Source: Octopus sinensis
Lineage: Eukaryota
DNA length: 64,000 nucleotides
Assembly (NCBI RefSeq): GCF_006345805.1
Contig: NC_043007.1
Coordinates: forward strand, 19,840,001 to 19,904,000
Reading direction: 5' to 3'
This document shows positions 53,445 through 64,000 of the stretch, in pieces (the stretch's first letter is position 1; every line of letters begins with the position of its first letter). A program made the position numbers and the translations under genes. The notes under the pieces are model-generated. The model did no database searches. It saw only the letters and a list, made by a program, of their open reading frames with translations, and had not been told where the DNA came from.

Positions 53445-53494
<50 letters not shown>

Positions 53495-54582
53495 AAAAGT
53501 TTCACACACATACAGTCATGTACATACACACATATACATGCATACACACATTCACACATACACATTTGCACACACACACACACACACACACAGATGCATA
53601 CAAACGAGGAGCGACCGTCATTAGAACTGCCCTTGTTTCTTTGAGTCACGTGGTTTTGTTTGTCTCGTCATTGACCTCCAAACCATCACAATTGGCTCAT
53701 TATGCATAAATTTAGATTGGTTCGGGAGACCTCCTCCCACCTCTTCTCTTTCCCTCTCTCAAACCCCCACCACCACACACACACACACACACACACCCTC
53801 TCGCTCTCCACTCTTTTTTCTCACTCCCTCTCTTTCCCCTTCTATCTCTTCTCTCTCTACTCCATCCCTCTCTTTGTCACCTTCTCTATCTCGCCTCTCT
53901 CCTTGTCTCTCTCTCACTCTCTCTCTCTCTCTTTGTCTTTCTTCTCTCTTCCTCCTCCTCTGTCTCTTCTCCCCTCTCACTCTGTCTCTCCTTCTCTCTC
54001 TCACAGGGACTCGCCCACCACCTCTCTCTTTCTCTTCCTCCTCCTCCTCCACCTCTTCCCATCTCCCTGTATCTCCTCAAAACATCAGACCTACCAATCC
54101 TCTCAAAACAAACAACTTCTTTTCCTTTCCTGGTCTGCCACCTCAAGGTTTTTATTCATCCTCTTGACCTCAATTTTTGGCTCAGTCTATTTGGTCTGCT
54201 AAGACACCGTTCACAGAATGACAAAACACAAACAACATCGTCTAATTTTAGATCACTCCACGTAAATACAGATACATTCTCATATATACACACACATTTG
54301 GGGCTTCGCATAGTTTCCATCTGCGAAACTCCGCTCGCAAGGTGTCAAGTAATTCGAGGCTACAGTGGAAAGACGTTTGTCCAAAGTTCCACGCAGTGAT
54401 AGCGAACCCGGAACACAGGATTGTAAAGTGATATTGATGTGTATGTCTGGTATTCATGGCATGTGTGGTATGTGTATGTATATATGTGTGTGTGCGTGTG
54501 TGTGTGTGTGTGTATGTATGTATGCCATTCAGTTTTAACTCAAGAATTTTTGCCAATAGAGAAAGAGCTGGTTTTCATGATG

Positions 54583-54634
<52 letters not shown>

Positions 54635-55067
54635 GATAGATAAATTAAGGCCAACAGACCAGATATAGTTGTCAGAGATCATGAAGAAAAAAAATGCTTT
54701 CTAATTGATGTATCAATACCGGCTGATGACAACGTGTCTCTAAAAGAAATGGAGAAACTTTCAAAATACAAAGACCTGGAAATAGAGGTAACTAGAATGT
54801 GGAATCTGAAAACAGAAACAATTCCTATCATAGTAGGTGCATTAGTCATGATAAAAAAATATTCAGACAAATACATAACAAAAACACCAGGACTTACAAA
54901 CACATATAACATACAGAAAATTGCACTACTAGGCACTGCACACATCCTACGCAGAACACTTTCCATACAATAACCATCAGAGCATCACAACAAATCACAG
55001 CACATACCCAAGGCACACAGAGCTGCGCTCGGTAGTGAAGTGAAAACACGCTATAAAAATAAAACTA

Positions 55068-55070
<3 letters not shown>
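54635..55070 (+). mobile_element. R4/Dong-like LINE 3' end (restriction-like endonuclease)
   Basis: PD-(D/E)xK-type region LIDVSIPADDNV...KLSKYKDL...IPIIVGAL; (AAT)n on both sides. Confidence 0.88.
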
Positions 55071-55157
<87 letters not shown>

Positions 55158-56740
55158 TAGCGATGGTGTCACAATAAAACACTGGTAATTGCGCAACCAG
55201 ATAATCGCTACCTCTTATGAGTAACAATGAAAAATCAAAATATTGTGAATAACGGTGGTAATGAAACTGCAGCCAATGATGGTGACAGTGTTACATCCGG
55301 TAGACTCAGAGAGTCTGGTCCGGCTCCAGCCTGTCGATATCCAGAAAGGGACTACCACACACGGCGTAGATGGAGCAAACAAATTAATGCTGTGGTTATG
55401 GAGTGTTACTACTTGAGCAACCCGGTAGATGAAAATGGTGCTCAAATTAGGGGTTACCGACAACGTATGTATGATCATTGGAGAGAAAAGGGATCGTTTC
55501 AACTCACGGAACAGACTATGTGATCAAGGTAGAGCAATAAGAAAAAATTGTTGGTTCACAGAAGTAGAGCTGTAAGCTATCAAAAGACGGGTCTTGGACA
55601 ATAGCAGCAGAGATAAGAATGAAAATACAGTTCTTACTAGTATGAGTAATCCTATAGCAGGGGAAAGGAGCAGTGGTAGCTTACTTGATGAGAGACATAT
55701 AGATGATCTAAAAGGAGGCAATAAAACTGATGGCGACATGACAGATGAACAAAAGGCAATCTACGACAGAATAAAGGAAAGACTACAGGAGAACGATAGC
55801 GACATTTCACTAGAAGGAAGAAGGTCAGGCTTGTGTAGGATGAAAGTTTGCAAAGATAAAGCACAATACAAGAAATTGAAAACGAATGAAACTGAAAATA
55901 GGTGAGTAAAGAAAAGAATGCATGGTCAATTTCATAGGGATGTTGAAGATAAAACAGAGAGAGAAAAAGGATTGTTGTGGATGACTAAGAGTGATTTAAA
56001 ACCGGAAACGGAGGCTCTAATCTGTGCTGCCCGAGAGCAGGCACTAAGAACAAACTACATAAAATACAGAATAGACAACACAGCAGAAAGTGATAAGTGC
56101 AGAATCTGTGGGCAAAACGGTGAAACCGTATGGCACATTACCAGCCAATGTACGTCACTAGCCCAGAAGGAATATAAGAGATGCCATGGCAATAAATCCA
56201 AGTTTGTCCATTGGACACTTTGCATATGGACTTGACACAGCAAAAAACTGGTACGACCACAAACATAAAGGCATCGTCGAAAATAGAAATGCAAAGATCT
56301 TTTGGAATTTTATGATTCAGTGCGACTATGAGATAGAGAATAGGAAGCCGGACATAGTCTTAATTGAGAAAGAAAACAAACTATGCTGGATCATAGACAT
56401 AGCATGCCCAGCTGACAACAAGGTATGCGATAAGGAAGAAAGAAAAGTTGAGAGATATGACAGGTTAGCTTGGGAAGTTAAGCAGTTGTGGGCGATGAAA
56501 AATGTAGCAGTAGTACCAATAATTGTCGGAGCCCTGGGAACAGTGAGCAAAAATCTTGAGAAGTACGTGGAACAAATAGGGACTGCAATAAGGGTGGAGC
56601 ACTTGCAGAAAACAGCACTGCTTGAGACCGTTCGAATACTCCAGAAGGTGCTCGAAAAATAAGAGGTGTTACCATAGTTCACTTGTAGTGAACAGCTGAC
56701 ACTGTAGTACATCTCTGGCGTTAGAAGCTGTGCAAAGGCA
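55158..56740 (+). mobile_element. R4/Dong-like LINE, internally deleted (no RT domain)
   Basis: N-terminus RRRWSKQINAVVMECYY...GYRQRM is joined to MHGQF...CRIC...HITSQC...KPDIV...IIDIACP; (AAT)n flanks. Confidence 0.85.
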
Positions 56741-56799
56741 ATAATAATTATTATAATAATAACAATAATAATAATAACAATAAAAATTTTCGATGATCG

Positions 56800-57245
56800 A
56801 ATGCAAAGATCCTATGGGATTTTATGATTCAGTGCGACCATGAGATAGAGAATAGGAAGCAGGACATAGGCTTAATTGAGAAAGAAAACAAACTATCCTG
56901 GATCATAGACATAGCATGTCCAGCAGACAACAAGGTATGCGATAAGGAAGAAAGAAAAGTCGATAGATATGACACGTTAGCTTGGGAGGTTAAGCAGTTG
57001 TGGTCGCTGAAAACGTACCAATAATTATCGGAGCCCTGGGAACAGTGAGTAAAAATATTGAGAAGTACATGGAACAAATAGGGGCTGCAATAAGGGTGGG
57101 GCTCTTGCAGAAAATAGCACTGCTTGGAACTGCTAGAATATTCCGGATGGTGCTCGAAAAATAAGGGGTGTTGCCTTAGTTCACTGGTAGTGAACAGCTG
57201 GCACCGTAGTACATCTCCAGCGTTAGAAGCTGTGCGAAGGCAATA
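56800..57245 (+). mobile_element. 5'-truncated second copy of the preceding Dong-like LINE
   Basis: High similarity to 56288-56740. Confidence 0.88.
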
Positions 57246-57299
57246 AAATGATAATCATAATAATAATTGTTTTGTCTTCGTTATTTTGTCTTGGTATAA

Positions 57300-57800
57300 T
57301 TTGTTTTATCTTAACATAAATTGTTTTGTCTTGCTATAAAAGATGGGCTACAACAAATATTCTGCTCAATACCACAGATTTGCTTGTCGGTTGCTTGACC
57401 TTAACCAGTTGAGCATGTCCCTTAGTGGCTGACGATATGTGCATCTCTAACCACGAGCAGAAGTAGTAGGGGAGTATCATAGCCATGTTTTGAGAAGAAT
57501 TCTTTGGAGTTTGAATAATTCATTGGTGTTTCATTCAATATCCTTAAACAACCCTTATTCACGAACCTTTGAGTAGAATAGGTTACTCGACCTGAAGGAA
57601 ATTCTAAAAGGGCCCCACCTACAAGGTCATGTGTTGTTTATCTTGATATGAGATCACCATGTCGCGCATATATGGTTGTGGTACATGTGCCTGGTGTACC
57701 CTTAGACAGGTAGTCATGATGGGTGTACTAGGCTTCGTATATTTTACCCCAACGTTACTTTGATGGTTTGTTCTGCTCTCTCACTAAATAATGATAATAA
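57300..57800 (+). mobile_element. (AAT)n-tailed retroposon 3' region
   Basis: Homologous to 21930-22370. Confidence 0.7.
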
Positions 57801-57823
57801 TAAGCAACCATACTCTGAGATAT

Positions 57824-58268
57824 GTCAATACACACAGATAGAGAAATTAAGGCCATTGGCTGGATATAGTTGTTAGAGATCACCAAGAAAAATGCTTTCT
57901 AATCGATGTATCAATACCAACAGATGACAATGTTTCTCTGAAAGAAACGAAGTAACTTTCAAAATACAAAGACCTGGAAATAGAGGTAAACCGAATGTGG
58001 AGTCTAAAAATGTGATAACAATTCCTATCATAGTGGGTGCATTAGGTATGATAAAAAATATTCAGACAAATACATAACAAAAACACCCGGACTAACAAGT
58101 ATATATAACACACAGAAAATAGCACTACTAGGAACCGCACTCATCCTACGTAAAATACTTTCAATACAGTGAAAATAAGAGCATCACAACAAACTACAGC
58201 ACAACCCGAGGCACAGAGAGATACGCTCGATAGTGCAGTGAAAGCACGTGATAAAAATAAGACTACTA
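57824..58268 (+). mobile_element. R4/Dong-like LINE 3' end
   Basis: Homologous to 54635-55070; (AAT)n tail. Confidence 0.85.
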
Positions 58269-58575
58269 AATAATAATAATAATAACAACAATACTTGAGG
58301 TCTCTGGGTGAGACTTGGAGCCAACTTGTACAAATGTAAAGCAAAAGTCAAATATAGAATAATAAAGATAATAACAACAACAACAATAATAATAATAACT
58401 ATTAACAGCATACCGAAGTCACCCGCCAAATTATCACAGAATGCAATTATTTGTGCAAAGCATGAACAAAGTGTAAGTGGTGTGATAATGTTCGTTAACC
58501 ACAATCATTAAAGAGAAGAGGAAAAATACTGTAATAATACACAAGCGATAGAAATGAAGTAGAAAATTATCATCA

Positions 58576-58632
<57 letters not shown>

Positions 58633-58633
<1 letters not shown>

Positions 58634-58990
58634 CGCTATATATATAAACGGCAAAATGTCTGTGTGTGTATCCTTTTTACAAATCCACAATTTTTCAGCT
58701 AGAGGGATCGCACTTTCTATGGTCATTGAAAACATTCCAAGGGTGGTTGTGCACATCTTTACATTTCCCCAGTCACCCTGCAAAGCCATTAAAAAATCAA
58801 TAGAAGTGACTTTTTTGTGAATTTTCTATCCAAAACCCAATCAAAATGGCCGAAACTTGATACGCCAATTGAATGCCAGCTAGCTGTATGTGATTGGTCG
58901 GAGATTTGGACAGTACTCGCGTATATGTGCGCACGCACGCAGCTGTATATGCATGCATTATGAGCCGGCAACGCCGGGTCATAGTGCTAG
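58633..58990 (+). mobile_element. Non-autonomous Helitron
   Basis: A|TC 5' end, subterminal hairpin ccggc-aac-gccgg, CTAG|T 3' end, inserted in (ATT)n. Confidence 0.8.
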
Positions 58991-59045
<55 letters not shown>

Positions 59046-59064
59046 CATCATCATCATAAGAAAA

Positions 59065-59535
59065 CTCACAGCTTATTTTGCTGGGTATGATGGAAAGTGT
59101 CAGCTGTCCACAGTCAGCAGACTAAGGTGACACTTGATTACTGGTCATGCTTCAAGAACCCTGCGAAGAATTCTTGCACTTCCAAGCAATGCTGATTTTT
59201 ATAGGTGTTCTACCTTCACACTTTCACCGATCTTTTTCAGCCATGTTCGTAGTTGAGTGCTGATACTTCCAAGTACACCAATTACTACTGGTATCACGTC
59301 TACTCTCCTCATTGACCACAACCTTCGTATTTCCCACTTCAAATCATCAGAGTTATTCGCTTTTTCTTCTTTCTCTTTGATCCTCTTGTCACCGGGACAT
59401 ACTACGTCGATTATCATACATGTTCCTTCCTTTTTATACACTACAACAATGTTCGCTTTCCGATGTCTGGTCAGGTGATCGTACTGAATCACTGCATCTC
59501 ACAAGATTTTGCAATATTCATTCTCAGTGACTCCT
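59065..59535 (-). mobile_element. R4/Dong-like LINE 3' end (another subfamily)
   Basis: HRKANIVVV...IIDVVCPGD...DLKWEIRRLW...IPVVIGVLG. Confidence 0.82.
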
Positions 59536-59676
59536 AGGGGCGGAAATCTGCTCCGGCATCTCTTCAGTTATCGAGGCAATCAAAATATGCTATGAAAATG
59601 ACCGTTAACCAGATAAATTCCTGTATTTACATAATATCGAGGTCTCTTTCATTCTTTTGTTGTCTTACCATTTCTA

Positions 59677-59733
<57 letters not shown>

Positions 59734-60410
59734 AATACTAACATATAAGAGACCAAAGTGTACGTACGCCGCTATATTTTTTATATACAAAAAATACAAA
59801 AATGGGACAAGAACGCAAAACATCCAGACAGCTAGATGATACAAAAAAGGGACAAGAAAACATCCAGCCAGACGGTACAAAGAAAACAAGGACGGGTCAT
59901 TCGGAGTTTTCTTTCCTCAGTCGAGTTAACGATTATCTTTGCAATTTCGGCTGGTTATACTCGAGATTGCTCCAATCTGGCCAGCCCCAAGGAAAAACTA
60001 AGCTAAGAGCACTAGATTCCTTGGAATAAAGCAGCGAATGTATATAAAAACAAGGACGGAAAAAACGGATAAATGGTACAAAATACAAATAATAGGACAT
60101 ATACAACGGGTGTCTTTCGACTAAGGACGAATTAAATTAAGCTGGCATGTGTAGAAGTAAAGCCTTACGGCACGGACATAGGATTTGACAGGTACATGGA
60201 GGAATATAGATGTGCACGGGTGGTAGTCGAACCAAGAAAGAAGAGAAGAGAGAGAGGTTGAGGCAGAGGGATAGAAGAATTAAGGAGGGACAAGAAAAAG
60301 ATGAAAGGAACAGAGTGAAGTGAAAGAGGATGAAAAGGTAACTTCTTAAAGCAACCATCCTACCTCCTTTGTACCACCAAGTCAACACGCAATCCCAATT
60401 GATTTCTTTG

Positions 60411-60988
60411 AAGGCGTCGAGCTGGCGGAAACGTTAGCACGCCGGGCGAAATAAGTAGCCGTATTTCATCTGCCATTACGTTCTGAGTTCAAATTCCGCC
60501 GAGGTCGCCTTTGCCTTTCATCCTTCCGGGGTTGATAAATTAAGTACCAGTTACGCACTGGGGTCGATGTAATCGACTTAATCTCTTTGTCTGTCCTTGT
60601 TTGTCCCCTCTGTGCTTAGACCCTTGTGGGTAGTAAAGAAATAGGTATTTCGTCTGCCGCTACGTTCTGAGTTCAAATTCCACCGAGGTCGATTTTGCCT
60701 TTCATCTTTCGGGGTCGATAAATTAAGTACCAGTTACGCACTGGGGTCGATGTAATCGACTTAATCTCTTTGTCTGTCCTTGTTTGTCCCCTCTGTGCTT
60801 AGACCCTTGTGGGTAGTAAAGAAATAGGTATTTCGTCTGCCGCTACGTTCTGAATTCAAATTCCGTCGAGGTCGACTTTGCCTTTTATCCTTTCGGGGTC
60901 GCACTGGGTCGATGTAATCGACTTAATCCATTTGTCAGTCCTTGTTTGTCCTTTCTGTGTGTAGCCCCTTGTGGGCAATAAAGAATTA
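60411..60988 (+). mobile_element. SINE family B tandem trimer within one TSD
   Basis: One full and two 5'-truncated units; flanks aatcccaattgatttctttg / aatcccagttgattcctttg. Confidence 0.9.
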
Positions 60989-61518
60989 AATCCCAGTTGA
61001 TTCCTTTGGCTATTATTATGTCTTAATCAAAGATTTCCGCGGAAGAAGAATTCAGAGCTGGGTTCCCGTTGCCTTCAAAGAAGACATAATTTTGTCAGCT
61101 GGATGTACTCAAGTTCGTACCACCTACATGGACACTGAGCGCGTAAAGAGCATGAACAAATAACGCAAAGTACTTATGCCTATCGCTCTATCAATTCCGC
61201 CAGCTCTTCGCTCAGAACTGTTTCTTTATTTTATCGACATCGGTTGGATGAAAAGCAAAGTTGCTTCCGGTGAGATTAGCATTCACAATGTAAACAACAG
61301 GAACAAATAACGCAAGGTAATTTGTTTGATGCTCCACCGGCTCTGCCAATTCGCTACTTTCACCCATACATAGCACTTAATTTTATAGGCTGTGCAAATA
61401 TTAAAGGCCAAGTTGAAATCTGGGTGGAATTTGAACTTAGAATGGCAATGACTATAACGAAATATCATAATGCGTTAACGATTCTGCCAATGCAGCGGCG
61501 GTTGGATAAGAAATTTAT

Positions 61519-61928
61519 AGATCTTTTCGGTTTGACCGGCAGTTTTTTCTAGCGGTATCATATGAAATTGTCACCCATAATTATGACCCTAGTATCGATC
61601 TATTGCATTTCAATCTGTCTTAGGGTTAGGGTTAGTTAGGGTTAAGGGTATCTTTTTTTTCTTCACAAATGTAAATAAACCCAATCTGTTTCTTAAACGA
61701 GGGACATATTCATACGGCACAGAATGTTTCTTTTACCTCAATAGACGTCAGTGATTGGTTGAAATTGCAGAAAATATCTTACAAATATCTTACAAACTAT
61801 AGAATTTTCTCAATAAAGCCAAGAGAAAAAGATGTTTTATAAACACATTCTACCAGTATACAAAGTTTAAAAGTGTTTAGTTACAAAGAAATTATTTTTA
61901 AAAACTGCCGTTCAAACCGAAAAGATCC
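61519..61928 (+). mobile_element. Non-autonomous TIR element with internal TTAGGG repeats
   Basis: TIRs gatcttttcggtttgaccggcagtttt / aaaactgccgttcaaaccgaaaagatcc; aaatttat on both flanks. Confidence 0.85.
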
Positions 61929-62190
61929 AAAATTTATTCTTATTTGGATGGAGATATGAGATACGGAGAAGGAGGTGGCAGAATATGGTTGTAATATCAA
62001 AACGAAACGCCATACGGTAGGTGTTCCGGGTTTTTTAGGTTCCAATTCTGGTGATGTCAATTTTGTGTCTCATCCTTCGTTATTTTCAACATCATCAACA
62101 TCAACCCTGAACACCAATGTCTCCGGTTCTAAGACTCGCCGGCCGTTACCCGGTCCCTATAGCGTATAACTGAGCAAGATCACAAGATTC

Positions 62191-62589
62191 GAATCATTTC
62201 GGTTTGAACGGCAGTTTTTTTTAATAATTTCCACTTTTAAACTTCGTATACTGGTAGAATGTGTTTATAAAACATCTTTTTCTCTTGGCTTTATTGAGAA
62301 AATTCTATAGTTTGTAAGATACTTGTAAGATATTTTCTTCAATTTCGGCAATTTCAACCAATCAATGACCGTCTATTGAGGTGAAAACATTCTGTGCCGT
62401 ATGAATATGTCCCTCGTTTAAGAAACAGATTGGGTTTATTTACATTTGTGAAGAAAAAAATATATCCTTCCCCCACCCCTAACCCTAAAACAGATTGAAA
62501 TGCAATAGATCGATACTAGGGTCATAATTATGGGTGACAATTTCATATGACACCGCTAGAAAAAATTGCCGGTCAAACCGAAAAGATCC
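62191..62589 (-). mobile_element. Second, inverted copy of the TTAGGG TIR element
   Basis: Reverse complement of 61519-61928; 8-bp TSD caagattc. Confidence 0.88.
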
Positions 62590-63139
62590 CAAGATTCCCC
62601 CTGAACAGGGTGCTAGTTCGTTGCTGCTGGGTGGATTGAAGCAACTTGAAATAAAGTTTTTTTAGCCCCCAGAATGCTACGCGCCACCAATCTGGAAATC
62701 GAAATCATGTCCATAGTGGTGCATTGACGATATTGTTAGAGTTTAGACAAAATACCTCGTTGTATATGTTCCGGTTCTTTTCCGGTCTTCACACAGGAGT
62801 GGCAAATTGTACGGAAAACCACTTTTGTGTTCTTGCGCAAAAATTCCATGACAAATACACACAGCGCTTATAAAGGAAGCTATAAAGTCATTCGTCAAGA
62901 ATAAACCAGCAATATACGGCATACAATTAGTTTCTGACCTGTATTACTATTATTATTATTATTATTATAATCATTATTTCTACAACTACTACTACTACTA
63001 TTATTACTGCCTTTTATCCTTTCGGGGTCGATAAATTAAGTACCAGTTACGCACTGGAGTCGATGTAATCGTCTTAATCCGTTTGTCTGTCCTTGTTTGT
63101 CCCCTCTGTGTTTAGCCCCTTGTGGGTAATAAAGAAATA

Positions 63140-63770
63140 TATTACTACTACTACTATTATTATTATTATTATTATTATTATTACTACTACTACTACTATT
63201 ATTATTATTGTTATTACTACTACTACTACTATTATTATTATTGTTGTTGTTATTACTACTACTACTACTATTATTATTATTGTTATTATTACTACTACTA
63301 CTATTATTATTATTGTTATTACTACTACTACTACTATTATTATTATTGTTATTGTTATTACTACTACTACTACTATTATTATTATTGTTGTTGTTATTAC
63401 TACTACTACTACTATTATTATTATTGTTATTACTACTACTACTACTATTATTATTATTGTTATTACTACTACTACTACTATTATTATTATTGTTGTTGTT
63501 GTTATTACTACTACTACTACTATTATTATTATTATTATTGTTATTACTACTACTACTACTACTACTACTATTATTATTATTATTGTTATTACTACTACTA
63601 TTACTACTACTATTACTACTACTACTGCTACTACTATTATTATTGTTATTACTACTACTACTATTATTATTATATTATTATTATCATTATTATTATTACT
63701 ACTACTACTACTACTACTATTATTACTATTATTATTATTTCTACTACTACTACTACTACTACTATTATTA
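63140..63770. repeat. (TAT/TAC/TGT)n compound trinucleotide array
   Basis: Directly visible; follows a SINE B 3' fragment at 63008-63138. Confidence 0.95.
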
Positions 63771-64000
63771 CATCTAGCTAATTACCCACCGTTTAGGCAA
63801 ATTACACCCACATGACTAGGGCTATTAGAACAATTGCTGCTACAACTCCGTGCTACTATTTTAAGCCCCCTCTTTTTACTAATAACATTTATCGCCACAG
63901 ACAACACCTTATAATAAGCATTAGCTGATGTGATAACCAAGCCATCGCTCGACAAAACTATTTGCCATCTTTAAAAAGAAAAAAAGGGGTGGCAAGGACC

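Larger units (their letters stand above)
52540..53445 (+). repeat. Five-unit array of a 47-bp motif with (TA)n(T)n spacers, interrupted
   Basis: atctagtttcagctcacaagctgtggccatgctggggcaccgccatt at about 52551, 52645, 53216, 53301 and 53394. Confidence 0.9.

Noticed and set aside
52540-53445. Regularly spaced repeats resembling CRISPR
   Set aside because: Spacers are (TA)n/(T)n microsatellites
61620-61648. Interstitial telomere
   Set aside because: Only a few TTAGGG units, internal to a TIR element and also present in its second copy
63093-63815. Poly-Y/L/IT ORFs
   Set aside because: Trinucleotide array artefacts

Overview
AT-rich animal genomic DNA made up almost entirely of repeats. The microsatellite density and the SINE families present suggest an octopus (coleoid cephalopod) intronic or intergenic region; this assignment is an inference. 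No recognisable host gene, tRNA or rRNA was found, and most ORFs in the supplied track are microsatellite artefacts. The window holds at least four tRNA-derived SINE families, fragments of R4/Dong, CR1, RTE and Penelope-like retroelements, Tc1/mariner and pogo-type DNA transposon derivatives, two non-autonomous Helitrons, many fold-back palindromes, local tandem duplications and a 100-N scaffold gap. The most interesting item is a non-coding 350-nt unit with about 100 nt of terminal redundancy and a type I hammerhead ribozyme fold (52.7-53.2 kb), a candidate retrozyme or circular-RNA-derived insertion. Other highlights are three minimal hammerhead-like motifs sharing one architecture, a GC-rich hairpin of about 70 bp (34.6-34.8 kb), a nest of (TAA)n-targeting Dong-like LINEs, and a possible spliced exon pair on the minus strand (4.6-5.2 kb). 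All coordinates were read by eye, so repeat boundaries are approximate.
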